Assembly: GCA_903875045.1 (NCBI GenBank)
Contig: CAIQUS010000069.1
Location: 14,083 to 78,082, forward strand
Origin: an uncultured Bacteroidales bacterium
GTDB lineage: Bacteria; Bacteroidota; Bacteroidia; Bacteroidales; FEN-979
Length of the DNA: 64,000 nucleotides
Direction of reading: 5' to 3'
Part shown: positions 38,028 through 48,366 of the stretch, in pieces
Numbering within the stretch: position 1 is the first letter of the stretch
Layout of the letters: every line of letters begins with the position of its first letter
Notes under the pieces: generated by a model
Database searches by the model: none
Told to the model about the DNA's origin: nothing
The model's input: only the letters and a program-made list of their open reading frames with translations
Made by a program: the position numbers and the translations under genes

Positions 38028-39446
38028 TTACGGGAAAATCAAACCAGAGTAATTTGTCACATTTGCCTGAGGAATATTGCTTCCGTATTTGGCATTGATT
38101 GCCTGGAGGAAATAGTTTGCAGTGATAGCGCATCCTCTGGGGTTGAGGTGAACGCCATCAGTTGAAAACAAACCACCGGTCACAAAGGTCGTGCTTACCT
38201 TGATCCCATCGAAAACCATACCGCTGGCAAATGTTTTCAAATGAGCATTCATGTCGGCGCAAGCCAGATTCTGGGCTGCAGCGGTTCCCTTGATAATCAC
38301 GTTGTATTGATCAACGCGGGCTTTGATATTTGCCTGTTCGGCACCATCAAGAACAAATTTTCCCGGGATAGGATACGGACGTGGTATCGGCAGTATCGTA
38401 GGATCAGCGATGCCCATGCCTTTGCATTTGACAGAGTCGGTGGGCAAGGTTAATAAGAATAAATCCCCTGCCTTCATCTGTGCCCAGGTTCCATCATTCT
38501 TTATATATACAAATGGATTCTGCCCTTTCTGCCATTTAATATCTCCATGACCGTACAAGGTGTAAAGCTGGTTTAAGCCTGAAGCCTGTGCTGAGTCCAA
38601 AGTAACTCCGTTATACGGAAGTTGTTTCGAAATGGTCGTAAAGAAGGGAATGGAAGTAACATCGGGGATGGTACCAACAACTCCTTTTGGTTTTTTTGTT
38701 GAAGCAAGCAATGCCCCTGTTGCCATAGGATAGTATTTGGCAAAAGTATCAGCAGGGGTTAGCAACTGGTCGGTACCAGCCAGTGCGGAAGTAAGTGCAT
38801 CGTTGTTTCCGATCCACAGATAAAAGAAGGTAGGTTGCTGTACAATAGCATCTTGTAACATGCTTGAATTTGGTGATGATGCAAACCTGACGAAAAATGG
38901 ATTAAACGGGTGACCATCGGGAGTCGGATCGCCTAACCTGTTGTAGAAAATGCTCATGAGATTGGCACCCGGAACGCCCATATTGTTGTAAGGGCCTGTC
39001 ACAGTAGGAGGAGCGAACAATTGGGCTTGCAAGGTGGCCTGATCAGGAGTGGAAATAAAACCTGGCTTTAGAGAACCAGTTCCTGTTGGATTTCCTGCGC
39101 AGTCTTTATCAGGAACAATTTTCAGGATCATTTTGGTATAGCAATAAATTCCACCGGGAATTTGCTGGAAACCAACACCATCATTGGTGCCGATCAAAGG
39201 TTGTTTAAAATCACCCCCGCCAACAGTTTTAAATTGGGTGGCCATGATGTTTGGAATAGAATTCTCCTGACCCGACAAGTACAGTGCACCATCGGCATAG
39301 CCGGAAGTCAGTGAATTTCCGACAGAAACAAATTTTGAGAAGTCCAGGCCGTTTGCTGAAGCCTTGAATTCATCGATTTTTGGCTCACAGGCAGTAAACA
39401 GCGCCAATGATAATATAATGACTAGTAATTTCTTCATAATGTTCAT
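38028..39446 (-). CDS. SGNH/GDSL lipolytic lipoprotein
   Basis: Lipobox FTAC, GNSLTSG, WIGNND, DGVH. Confidence 0.9.
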   Translation of the reverse strand: MNIMKKLLVIILSLALFTACEPKIDEFKASANGLDFSKFVSVGNSLTSGYADGALYLSGQENSIPNIMATQFKTVGGGDFKQPLIGTNDGVGFQQIPGGIYCYTKMILKIVPDKDCAGNPTGTGSLKPGFISTPDQATLQAQLFAPPTVTGPYNNMGVPGANLMSIFYNRLGDPTPDGHPFNPFFVRFASSPNSSMLQDAIVQQPTFFYLWIGNNDALTSALAGTDQLLTPADTFAKYYPMATGALLASTKKPKGVVGTIPDVTSIPFFTTISKQLPYNGVTLDSAQASGLNQLYTLYGHGDIKWQKGQNPFVYIKNDGTWAQMKAGDLFLLTLPTDSVKCKGMGIADPTILPIPRPYPIPGKFVLDGAEQANIKARVDQYNVIIKGTAAAQNLACADMNAHLKTFASGMVFDGIKVSTTFVTGGLFSTDGVHLNPRGCAITANYFLQAINAKYGSNIPQANVTNYSGLIFP

Positions 39447-39458
39447 ATTATTATAAGG

Positions 39459-40688
39459 TTAAAAACAATAGGTCAATCCAATACCGGGGATGAACACCTG
39501 GTTCTTGTAGGTACCCGCAAAATTTTCGGGGCTGTAAGTGCCAGTTCTCTCTTTGCCTGTGATATACAGGAAAGAAAGATCAATGCTGAACCCTTTGAGG
39601 GGATATATGGAAGCGCCACAGGTAAGTCCGATTTGGTCGAGGCTCGGGGTTTGGGGATTCAGATAATCGTCTTTCACAGGTGACTGATCGAAATACCCAC
39701 CGATGCGGAATGTAAACGTTTCATTCATGCGATATTGGGCGCCAATGCGCGGAACAAGCTTATTGGAATACAAGGTTGGTTGTGCAGTGCGGCCAACGGC
39801 AGCGGTTGTTTTCTCAAAAGTGAAAACGAGTGAATCATAAGTACCCCAGAATACATAGCAGAGGTTCAAACCGACCATCCATTGTTTGTTTTTTCCAAAT
39901 TCATACGAAGCGCCAAAGTCGAGGTTGGCAGGCAAAGGCAACATTACGTCTACCTTGTTGTTCGGAAAGTTGGTACTCAACGACTGAGGAACAGTAAATG
40001 TGGCATCGCCACCTTTTACCTTCATTTCAATTTTTGAACGGTAGTCGAGCCCAAGGCTTAATCCTTTGACCGGATGAACCATGACACCGGCATTGAACCC
40101 AAAATTACTGGTATTTCCGGTGATGTTCATTTTGCCATCTCCGGTCGATCCCTGTAGCGGGATTGCCTTATTCATGTTGACACTGCCGGTGGCATAAACC
40201 AATCCGACGCCAATGCCGATGAAATCCCCGAATTTATAGGAAACGGTCGGCTGGAAAGTAAAAGCTTTGAACGAAATATCCTGGATCAGATAACGACCCT
40301 GCCATTTTTCGCCCCATGATAAACCGTTTCCGTAAGGGGTGTTAACTGCCAAACCAACACTCAGGTTTTTTGTTGGTTTAAAAGCTGCATAAAAATAAAG
40401 AGGTGTGTTCAGCTCATGGTCAAGATGAGCAATCTCAGTGCTATTCTCGTGCTGAAAGGTTACCCTCGACATTAGCAGGTTGACACCTCCCGAAAAAGAC
40501 CATTTCTTTTCCAGAAAAGGAGTTCCCCCCGGGTTATAAAATAAAGAACTGGCATCGTAACTGAGTGAAGTTCCGATAAGCCCCATACCAATGTTGCGCA
40601 TGCTGTGCAGGTGTACCTGGTAACCACCGCCAAATAAGGTAGGCGCTGCCAGGCATAGACTAAGCAGCAGGACAGTAATTTTCCTCAT
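39459..40688 (-). CDS. FadL/OmpP1 long-chain fatty acid outer-membrane transporter
   Basis: Signal peptide MRKITVLL, GGYQV, DASSLFYNPG, TPYG; the longer ORF start runs through a repeat and is rejected. Confidence 0.9.
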   Translation of the reverse strand: MRKITVLLLSLCLAAPTLFGGGYQVHLHSMRNIGMGLIGTSLSYDASSLFYNPGGTPFLEKKWSFSGGVNLLMSRVTFQHENSTEIAHLDHELNTPLYFYAAFKPTKNLSVGLAVNTPYGNGLSWGEKWQGRYLIQDISFKAFTFQPTVSYKFGDFIGIGVGLVYATGSVNMNKAIPLQGSTGDGKMNITGNTSNFGFNAGVMVHPVKGLSLGLDYRSKIEMKVKGGDATFTVPQSLSTNFPNNKVDVMLPLPANLDFGASYEFGKNKQWMVGLNLCYVFWGTYDSLVFTFEKTTAAVGRTAQPTLYSNKLVPRIGAQYRMNETFTFRIGGYFDQSPVKDDYLNPQTPSLDQIGLTCGASIYPLKGFSIDLSFLYITGKERTGTYSPENFAGTYKNQVFIPGIGLTYCF

Positions 40689-40798
40689 AATGATTGTTTT
40701 TTGGTTAATACTGGGCGCAAGGTACAACTTTTTTTTATATTCAAAATTCATCATATCTATCTTGGTGAAATATTGCCTGGAATCGTGGAGGATAAAAG

Positions 40799-40950
40799 GG
40801 TGAACAGGTGAACGGGTGAACAGGTGAACGGGTGAGCGGGTGAACGGGTAAACGGGTGAACGGGTAAACGGGTAAACGGGTAAACGGGTGAACGGGTGAA
40901 TGGGTGAACGGGTGAACGGGTGAATGGGTGAACGGGTATACGGGTGAAGC
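40799..40950 (+). repeat. Octamer array (GGTGAACG)x19, G-form
   Basis: 19 contiguous units ggtgaacg/ggtaaacg/ggtgaatg/ggtgaaca. Confidence 0.98.
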
Positions 40951-41126
40951 TGAAAACCTCTGGGAATGTGGATCAGTATCCTTGGGATTGGCGGGATACG
41001 GCACTTGTGTAGTTTAAGCATGAACCCCAATAAAAATTCCACTACCTTTGTCCCTTATATGACATTTATTCATATTAACGAATCATCCTGTAAACCGAAT
41101 CAAATGACCTTATTCTCATCTTGTTA

Positions 41127-41190
41127 CTTGTTTGCCCGTTTACCCGCTCACCCGTTCACCTGTTCACCCGTTCACCATTTCACTATTTTC
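41127..41190 (+). repeat. Octamer array (CCCGTTCA)x~8, C-form, inverted to 40799
   Basis: cttgtttg cccgttta cccgctca cccgttca cctgttca cccgttca ccatttca ctattttc. Confidence 0.92.
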
Positions 41191-41213
41191 CCGTTCTCCC
41201 TAACCCCGAAACA

Positions 41214-42278
41214 ATGAGTACCCTCAAAGTTGGTGATAAAGTAAAATTCCTGAACACATCCGGTGGTGGAATAGTATCGAAAATAATTGATACCCGTATG
41301 GTGAGTATCCTTATTGAGGATGGTTTTGAAATTCCGACCATGATCAGTGAGTTGATCAAAATCGATCCCCAGGAGCCTGCCGCTCGTTTTTTTGAAGCGC
41401 ATTACGATATCGAACTGCCTCAACAGCCTGATGAAGAGATAGTCGCCGATGATGAAAGGTTAATTCATCTTCCCGCCCATATTACCATGGACCGGAAATC
41501 GGAAGATCTGTACCTCGCTTTTGTCCCCCATGATCAAAAGTGGCTAATCACGGGACAAATAGATGTTTTCCTTATCAATAACAGCTCGTACGACATATTA
41601 TATAATATTTTCAGTAAAACTCCGCTTGGCCATTACAGTGGTATTGATTACGGCAGTATTTTCCCTGATTCAAAGTTACTCATTGCTACGATTAACCGCG
41701 AACAGCTTACACATTGGACCGAAGGATGCATGCAATTTCTTTTCCATAAAGAAATGTGCCAGTCCTTGCTTCCACCATTTAATTCTGAATTTAAAGTGGA
41801 GGGGAAGAAGTTTTATAAGGAGGGGAATTATCGCGAACATTCCGTGATTCAAGCCAGGGGTATTGTCGTCAAGGTGCTTTCATTAACTGATTATTTTATC
41901 TCGGAAGTTCAGGAAGCAACCGCACCCGAATCCAATTCCAAACCATCTTCAGATGGCCCACCCCTGATTTCCCGGTATCAGGTCGCCCCCCGTGAAGCAA
42001 TTGTTGACCTGCACATTCATGAGTTGGTTGATGATCCGACAAACCTCGAAAAATCAGAGATTCTTGAGTTTCAGAAAAATTATTTTCTTAAATGTCTTGA
42101 TAGCGCTCTTGCAGGTCATTTCCTGAAGGTGGTGTTTATTCATGGTGTTGGGAATGGTGTTCTACGGTCAACCTTGATAGATTTGCTTAAAAAACAAGGA
42201 GGCATCGAGTTCTTCGATGCCCCCATGGCAAAATATGGTGTTGGGGCCCTGGAGATCAGGATACCACATAATGAATAA
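41214..42278 (+). CDS. DUF2027 + Smr domain protein
   Basis: LKVGDKVKFLN..GGG, VDLHIHEL, VFIHGVGNGVL; start reassigned to MSTLKVG. Confidence 0.88.
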   Translation: MSTLKVGDKVKFLNTSGGGIVSKIIDTRMVSILIEDGFEIPTMISELIKIDPQEPAARFFEAHYDIELPQQPDEEIVADDERLIHLPAHITMDRKSEDLYLAFVPHDQKWLITGQIDVFLINNSSYDILYNIFSKTPLGHYSGIDYGSIFPDSKLLIATINREQLTHWTEGCMQFLFHKEMCQSLLPPFNSEFKVEGKKFYKEGNYREHSVIQARGIVVKVLSLTDYFISEVQEATAPESNSKPSSDGPPLISRYQVAPREAIVDLHIHELVDDPTNLEKSEILEFQKNYFLKCLDSALAGHFLKVVFIHGVGNGVLRSTLIDLLKKQGGIEFFDAPMAKYGVGALEIRIPHNE

Positions 42279-42279
42279 T

Positions 42280-43974
42280 TTATCTGACCACCGAAACTTT
42301 TCGTGAGTAAACCTCTGAACCTGTATTAAGCTGTAATATATACACCCCTGGTTTCAAATTCTGTCCATCAAGCACGGTTTCATGCTGGCCTGCATTCATG
42401 GTTCCCAGCGAAGTTGTATTGACCAATTCGCCGAAAGCACTGTACAGATTCAAATGGACATTGCCGGAGTTCCTGAGGTAGAATGAAACCTTCGCAGAGC
42501 CATCGAATGGGTTAGGGTAGGTAATAAGCGGATTGATGTTGCCAATTTCAGCCACAGTCACAGGCGACTCCAACCAAAATTCACAGGCTTCGTTATACGC
42601 GAAGGAACCACCTTGTTTGAGTGTCGTCCCGTTTGAAGATACCTCATAGCCACCATTGCCACTGCTGCAGCAAATGCCATTTCCACCTGTGTCAGTAATG
42701 ATAAAAGAATAGCAATCGGCCTGTGGAAGGGTGATGGTTTGCTGATATAGCTTGTTTGCTTCAGGATAGGGTCCGCCACTGGCTATAACCACATTCAGTG
42801 AGTTTTTTATTTCCCAGGTTGTTTCCGAAGGAGCATTGTCTGTTCTTAAAGCCACTTTTATCTGATTTGTTGAAACCGGTGCGGCGGTGAAATTAAAAAG
42901 CAGGGTGTCATTTTTAGGATATTGGTCAACCGCACTGTTTGGATTGGTAGTATAGATGGTTAGCTTATTCTGAGCCAGAATGTCATAAACATATTCAGGA
43001 AGAGCCACGACTGTTTTTTGCATACTTGCCAAGGAACCATTCCAGGTAAAGGTGCTAAAAGTCCCGTCATTTATCTTATATTTAATGGTCATGCTGGTAA
43101 TGGGATTATTGCCATTGTTCCTGATTTTGACCCAGGGGGAGAGCTTGTTTTTGCAGGTTTTAGGAAGTACATTAAGGACATCAACAACCTGAAGGTCTGT
43201 GTTATATGGGAGTACCAGCGGTCCTGCCGAACTGTTGGCAGTTTGATAAATCTCTTTGGTGCTTTTATCCTGAACAAATCCTACAGAAGCAATCTGGGTA
43301 AAATCATAAACGATACCGGCTTTCCAAACTCCTTCAAGCAACACGTAATCACCTGCAACCATCGAGGGGGGGAGGGTTGTGCCTGAAGAACCCGGAATCA
43401 TTTTTTTCATGACATTGTAGAAATCCCTTTCACCGTTTGAACTGGCGCATGGAGCGGAGTTAAAGTGAATCCATTTTTCGATGATGACATTGTGTGCAGT
43501 CATACTTGCTGTAACATCCTGTGTGCATTTTACTAACATGGTTGAGAATACTGTATCCTGACCAGCCGAGACGGAATGCTGAAGCTGGATCTCAAATGGT
43601 GAGGGAACTGCGTACCTTGCGTTGATATTGGTCATGGACCATCCGCCGGCACTACCATTGTAATAATTGCCATCAAGAACCGAATAAGGTACATACATGT
43701 TGGAGGGGGGCATGTAATAACTTACCCTTGTTGCCACCTCACCAGGATTGGCCAGATTCATGGGATCACCGGCTGCAGGCCAGTTCACGTGATAATAGAT
43801 GGAAGTAAATTTGTCGGGATTCTGTGTTTGCCATGTATGGAACTGAGTATTCTTACTCACACAGGGGCCACAGGTTGCGGAAGTGAACTCCTCCAACATA
43901 ACCAATCGCTGCGATTGACTGTAAACCGTGAGGAGGATTAAAGATGACGCGATAACAAGTAACAGTTTTTTCAT
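42280..43974 (-). CDS. T9SS-secreted Omp28-like (CxxC) protein
   Basis: LEEFTSATCGPC, YHVNWP..DPM, C-terminal YPNPF..GVYIL. Confidence 0.82.
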   Translation of the reverse strand: MKKLLLVIASSLILLTVYSQSQRLVMLEEFTSATCGPCVSKNTQFHTWQTQNPDKFTSIYYHVNWPAAGDPMNLANPGEVATRVSYYMPPSNMYVPYSVLDGNYYNGSAGGWSMTNINARYAVPSPFEIQLQHSVSAGQDTVFSTMLVKCTQDVTASMTAHNVIIEKWIHFNSAPCASSNGERDFYNVMKKMIPGSSGTTLPPSMVAGDYVLLEGVWKAGIVYDFTQIASVGFVQDKSTKEIYQTANSSAGPLVLPYNTDLQVVDVLNVLPKTCKNKLSPWVKIRNNGNNPITSMTIKYKINDGTFSTFTWNGSLASMQKTVVALPEYVYDILAQNKLTIYTTNPNSAVDQYPKNDTLLFNFTAAPVSTNQIKVALRTDNAPSETTWEIKNSLNVVIASGGPYPEANKLYQQTITLPQADCYSFIITDTGGNGICCSSGNGGYEVSSNGTTLKQGGSFAYNEACEFWLESPVTVAEIGNINPLITYPNPFDGSAKVSFYLRNSGNVHLNLYSAFGELVNTTSLGTMNAGQHETVLDGQNLKPGVYILQLNTGSEVYSRKVSVVR

Positions 43975-44092
43975 TTTTTCAGAATTAATTTAAACCATTA
44001 CAAAATTAATAAATATTATGGTCAGAGTCGGTCAATAAATGAAAATTGTTGTAATTTTGCAATATAACTACCGATATCCAAATGAATTGTAT

Positions 44093-44836
44093 ATGAAAAA
44101 AGTCCTTCTTTCTGTTTACCTGTTTTCAGTTGTAGCCTTTTATGGCTATTCACAAAGCCTGACACTCTCGAATCAGCATGGGGCTATTCAGCCAAATGCA
44201 ATCATTGTACAGGCAGGTACCCCCGATAGTGTTGAACTCATCACGTATCTCAATGTTAAAAATATCAGTAACGCAACAATCAAGGTATTCTGTAAGAAAG
44301 TTCAGCTCACAATGCTGGATTCAACTGAAATGACCATGTGCTGGGCAGGCAACTGCTACCCTGCACCGGTGAATGTTTCGCCATTTTCCCAATCTATCAA
44401 TGCCGGACAAACCAATACCGAATTTATTGGTCATTACACGCAAACAGCATTCAGCCATTTTAAATCTGGCGAAAGCGTGATCCGTTGGGTTTTCTATAAC
44501 CAGGCAAATGTGAACGATTCTGCTAGTGTGACGGTTAAATATACCACTTATCCTTTGGGCATTGACGAATCGAATGGCCGTCAGGCAGTACTATCAAATG
44601 CGTATCCGAACCCTGCCAATGCAGTGGCCGGGTTCAATTATGCGGTACCTTCCGGTTCTCAGGCAAGGATCGTCATCCGGAATATTCTTGGATCAATCGT
44701 GCATTCTGAGCAAGTTTCAACCGGCTCCGGCAAAATATCGGTCAATACGGCCAATCTCACCGATGGCATCTATTTCTATTCACTGATGCTGGATGGGAAA
44801 AACAGTCAAACCAAAAAACTGGTTGTAAAACACTGA
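44093..44836 (+). CDS. T9SS type A sorting domain protein
   Basis: Signal peptide, CWAGNCY, AYPNPA..GIYFYSL..TKKLVVKH. Confidence 0.85.
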   Translation: MKKVLLSVYLFSVVAFYGYSQSLTLSNQHGAIQPNAIIVQAGTPDSVELITYLNVKNISNATIKVFCKKVQLTMLDSTEMTMCWAGNCYPAPVNVSPFSQSINAGQTNTEFIGHYTQTAFSHFKSGESVIRWVFYNQANVNDSASVTVKYTTYPLGIDESNGRQAVLSNAYPNPANAVAGFNYAVPSGSQARIVIRNILGSIVHSEQVSTGSGKISVNTANLTDGIYFYSLMLDGKNSQTKKLVVKH

Positions 44837-44839
44837 GAA

Positions 44840-45781
44840 CTATTTTTGCTGTAATTGGATTGACTGACTGAACACCCATCCCCGTATAAAAGTGGGAATC
44901 TTGTCGATGTCATAAAGGATAGATGCTGATGGGGATACATCAGGAGAAATCTCTACAAAAAACCAATCACTTCCTTTCCCGTTAGTCTTATATGCAAGTG
45001 CATACCCACGGGCTTTGGTCCGGTATTTTGCAATGATGTTCCCAAAAGTATCAAGAACCGGGTTAAATGGTTCATTCTGCAGGGCTGATGAGGCTCTGAG
45101 CATCATTGTATCGGCTTTGGCAATGAAAGGAACCGGCACCGGATAGTACTCCGATGGCTCCTCTGTATACTGGTATGAAACGGTCTGTTTGCCTTTGACA
45201 AAAACAGGTTCACCCTTCTCCTGTTCAACCCTGTAATCGCGGGTGAAATAAAGATAATTGGCGCAACAACCCGGATCCCCTGTTTGCATCTCTACCAATT
45301 TATTCCCGGCTTTTACGAATTTACTGATATACTGATAATCTTCAAAAATGAGTTCAAAGCTATCTGTGCGGTTTAGCCATATCCTCATTATGTCGGATTC
45401 ACCGCCACTGAAACCGCTGAAGATCATGTCAGTCAAATTGTCGCCGTTGATATCGATGGGGAAGAGGCATTTTTTTAAATCCTTTACGGAAAATTGCGGA
45501 ATTGAATCGTTGGAAAATTGAGGAAACTGGCTGATATTTCGGGCAAGGAAAGATTCGATCTTTTTGGCAGCCTGTGAAACCGAAAACCGCTTAAGGTTGA
45601 CCTTAGGCGGTTTCGGTATATGGATATAACGTTTCCAGTAAAATGTATCGGTGGCAGTGGTATAGTGCTTAATATCAATCTGCGCACTGCCGGTGGCGGA
45701 AAGCAAAAAGAATAAAGACAGAAAAATGAAATGGATTATTTTCGGATTAAAGCCCAAATTCTTTCCTGAGTTTATCAACAT
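44840..45781 (-). CDS. Hypothetical secreted protein (start uncertain, overlaps metK end)
   Basis: Long ORF with signal-like [20 protein letters not shown] and a DINGD motif. Confidence 0.65.
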   Translation of the reverse strand: MLINSGKNLGFNPKIIHFIFLSLFFLLSATGSAQIDIKHYTTATDTFYWKRYIHIPKPPKVNLKRFSVSQAAKKIESFLARNISQFPQFSNDSIPQFSVKDLKKCLFPIDINGDNLTDMIFSGFSGGESDIMRIWLNRTDSFELIFEDYQYISKFVKAGNKLVEMQTGDPGCCANYLYFTRDYRVEQEKGEPVFVKGKQTVSYQYTEEPSEYYPVPVPFIAKADTMMLRASSALQNEPFNPVLDTFGNIIAKYRTKARGYALAYKTNGKGSDWFFVEISPDVSPSASILYDIDKIPTFIRGWVFSQSIQLQQK

Positions 45782-47090
45782 AATCAAGTTTTTCCCAGGC
45801 AAAGAAATCTACCGTTTTTGCGAAAACATCTTTGCCATTTACGTTGACCCCAATGGGTTTTGACCCCTTAACGGGATAAAAAACCTCTACTTCTTTGCTG
45901 TGAAAATCACGGCCGAAATGACCATAAGATGCGGTTGGCTGATAAATCGGGTTTTTGAGTCCGAACCTTTCAACGATGGCATAAGGGCGCATATCGAAAA
46001 CTTTGTTGATTTTTTCGGCAATTGCCCCATCCTGTAATGTGTTCCCTTTTTTATCTTTCACTTTTGCAGTACCAGAAGTGTTGACATACAGGCCAACAGG
46101 TTTCGCAACGCCAATCGCATAAGCAACCTGGATCAGCACCTGGTCGGCAACCCCTGCTGCAACCATGTTTTTTGCAATGTGCCGTGCGGCATAGGCGGCA
46201 GAACGGTCAACTTTTGAAGGGTCCTTGCCGGAAAATGCTCCTCCGCCGTGAGCTCCGTGTCCGCCATAAGTGTCAACAATGATCTTGCGCCCGGTAAGTC
46301 CGGTATCACCATGGGGGCCTCCGATAACGAATTTTCCCGTAGGGTTCACATGAAGTTTGTAGTCACTCTGGAAAAGTTTCTGGATCTTTGCAGGCAAGGT
46401 TTTTTTCACCCGGGGGATCAGAATCTTTTGAACATCATCACTGATTTTGGCTTGCATCGCCTTCTCTGCATCCTTTTCTGCTGTAGCTGTTTTATCAGTG
46501 GCCTGGATAAATTCGTCATGCTGAGTGCTAATCACAATGGTATCGATGCGCAATGGCTTGCCATGGTCATCATATTCAATGGTAACCTGTGATTTGCTGT
46601 CGGGGCGAAGATATTTCATCTGCTTGCCTTCCTTGCGGATAGCGGCAAGTTCCTGGAGGAAAATATGCGCCAGCTCTATGGACATAGGCATAAGGTTTTC
46701 CATTTCGCTGCTGGCATAGCCGAACATCATCCCCTGGTCACCTGCACCCTGGTCTTCTTTCTTTTCGCGGACCACGCCCTGATTGATATCGGCCGATTGC
46801 TCATGAATGGTTGAAATTACACCACATGAATCACAATCGAACCGGTATTCGGCTTTGGTATAGCCAATCTGACGGATGACGCGTCGTGCAGTTTCCTGAA
46901 CATCGACCCATCCCTGCGTTCTTACTTCGCCACCACATACAACAAGTCCGGTGGTAACAAAAGTTTCACATGCTACTTTGGATTCCGGGTCCCATTTCAT
47001 GAACTCATCAAGCAGGGCGTCTGAAATCTGATCGGCAACTTTATCCGGATGCCCCTCTGATACGGACTCCGATGTAAATAAATATCCCAT
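45747..47090 (-). CDS. metK: S-adenosylmethionine synthetase
   Basis: [28 protein letters not shown]. Confidence 0.97.
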   Translation of the reverse strand: MGYLFTSESVSEGHPDKVADQISDALLDEFMKWDPESKVACETFVTTGLVVCGGEVRTQGWVDVQETARRVIRQIGYTKAEYRFDCDSCGVISTIHEQSADINQGVVREKKEDQGAGDQGMMFGYASSEMENLMPMSIELAHIFLQELAAIRKEGKQMKYLRPDSKSQVTIEYDDHGKPLRIDTIVISTQHDEFIQATDKTATAEKDAEKAMQAKISDDVQKILIPRVKKTLPAKIQKLFQSDYKLHVNPTGKFVIGGPHGDTGLTGRKIIVDTYGGHGAHGGGAFSGKDPSKVDRSAAYAARHIAKNMVAAGVADQVLIQVAYAIGVAKPVGLYVNTSGTAKVKDKKGNTLQDGAIAEKINKVFDMRPYAIVERFGLKNPIYQPTASYGHFGRDFHSKEVEVFYPVKGSKPIGVNVNGKDVFAKTVDFFAWEKLDYVDKLRKEFGL

Positions 47091-47100
47091 AGAAAAAGAA

Positions 47101-47129
47101 TTACGATTTATGATTTACGATTTACGAAT
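47101..47129 (+). repeat. Heptamer array (TTACGAT)x4, G-form, in the metK leader
   Basis: ttacgat tttatgat ttacgat ttacgaa. Confidence 0.85.
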
Positions 47130-47168
47130 AAAAAATATCAGGTTGATTTGCGATTGAAGGGAGGAAAA

Positions 47169-47217
47169 CTTTTTAGCATTTTTTTCCAGTGGTTGCAATC
47201 AATCAAATCTGTCCACT
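47169..47217 (-). ncRNA. SAM-II (long-loop, Bacteroidota type) riboswitch
   Basis: Minus strand AGTGG-ACAGATTTGATTGATTGCAA-CCACT-GGAAAAAAAT-GCTAAAAAG: P1 stem, GATTT/TTGCAA and GCTAAA signature, upstream of metK. Confidence 0.85.
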
Positions 47218-47227
47218 AATCAAGGCG

Positions 47228-47235
47228 CAAAATTA
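47228..47235 (-). promoter_or_regulatory. -7 promoter element for the metK leader
   Basis: TAATTTTG ~10 nt upstream of the riboswitch. Confidence 0.7.
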
Positions 47236-47315
47236 GTAAAAATTTTAATTTGTAAAAATGGCTGTGAATTTAAAATTGATGATTTGTCATCAGGGATATG
47301 GAAATTGTAAATTGT

Positions 47316-48290
47316 CTAATTCCTGGTCAACTCCTGGAATACCCCTTCGAGTTTTTGTTCTTCAAGTTGCAAAGAAAGAACGGTCAGTTTATGGTCAACG
47401 GCAAATTGGAAAACTGCTGCCCTGATGTCGTTGCCCGGAGCGGAAATAATATGCCAGTTAACGGACACGGGATTACCACCTTTCGAAATTCGAAATTCGA
47501 AATTCGAAATTCGATGTCCATCTTCATTTTCAGGAATGGCAACATCCAATACTCCTGGTATGTTTTTCAACAAAGCTCCCTGTACCGGCGTACTGAATTC
47601 AACCCTGATAACTGTCCCCGAGGTAATGAGATGTTGCAGGTTTTTCGTGGAATCATCAGCAACTATCCGGCCTTTGTGAATAATAACCACCCGGTTGCAG
47701 ATTGCCTCGACCTCCTGCATGATATGGGTTGAAATCATCACTGTTTTGGTTTTGCCAACCTCAGTAATCAGGTTACGGATTTCAATCAATTGATTGGGAT
47801 CGAGGCCTGAGGTTGGTTCATCGAGGATAAGCACTTCAGGGTTGTGGATCATTGCCTGGGCCAGGCCGACACGCTGGCGGTAGCCTTTTGAAAGTGCCCC
47901 GATCTTCTTGTGTTGTTCCGACTGAAGCCCTGTGAGTTCAATCATTTCTGCCACACGGCTGGTAATATTTCCTTTCAGTTTGTGTGTTCCGGCAATAAAC
48001 ACAAGGAACTCCCTGACGTACAAATCAAGGTAAAGCGGATTGTTTTCAGGGAGGTATCCAACCTTCTTTCTCACTTCAATGGACTGTTCCAGCACATCGA
48101 AGCCGCAAACTGATGCGTCACCCGAAGTGGGGGGGATAAAGCAGGTGAGTATCTTCATGAGGGTACTTTTGCCAGCGCCATTGGGCCCGAGTAGCCCGGT
48201 AATTCCACCGGGTTTTATTTCGAGCGATACCGAATCCAGGGCTTTCTGGGTGCCATATATTTTGGTGATGTTGGAAACAAGGATAGACAT
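47316..48290 (-). CDS. gldA: GldA-like ABC transporter ATP-binding protein
   Basis: GPNGAGKST, VGYLPENNPLY, LSKGYRQRVG, GLDPNQL; TACCTTTG promoter at 48316-48323. Confidence 0.85.
   Translation of the reverse strand: MSILVSNITKIYGTQKALDSVSLEIKPGGITGLLGPNGAGKSTLMKILTCFIPPTSGDASVCGFDVLEQSIEVRKKVGYLPENNPLYLDLYVREFLVFIAGTHKLKGNITSRVAEMIELTGLQSEQHKKIGALSKGYRQRVGLAQAMIHNPEVLILDEPTSGLDPNQLIEIRNLITEVGKTKTVMISTHIMQEVEAICNRVVIIHKGRIVADDSTKNLQHLITSGTVIRVEFSTPVQGALLKNIPGVLDVAIPENEDGHRISNFEFRISKGGNPVSVNWHIISAPGNDIRAAVFQFAVDHKLTVLSLQLEEQKLEGVFQELTRN
47484..47514 (+). repeat. Heptamer array (CGAAATT)x4 inside gldA
   Basis: cgaaatt x4 + cga; encodes RISNFEFRIS. Confidence 0.92.
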
Positions 48291-48330
48291 GAGGATACAT
48301 TATTGGAAATGGCTGCAAAGGTACAAAATT

Positions 48331-48351
48331 GAAATTCGAAATTCGAAATTC
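48331..48351 (+). repeat. Heptamer array (GAAATTC)x3
   Basis: gaaattc x3 between the ATPase stop and the gldA promoter. Confidence 0.8.
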
Positions 48352-48366
48352 ACAGCACATGCTTAA

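Noticed and set aside
40799-40950. CRISPR array
   Set aside because: Units are 8 bp and contiguous with no unique spacers; no cas genes.
40689-41213. ORF 40741-41004 and the long N-terminal extensions of fadL and the Smr gene (PFTRSPVH repeats)
   Set aside because: Products of reading through stop-free octamer arrays; credible starts are at 40688 and 41214.
45790-45900. Repeat-derived insertion in the metK C-terminus
   Set aside because: No nucleotide periodicity; Bacteroidota MetK proteins have a variable segment here.
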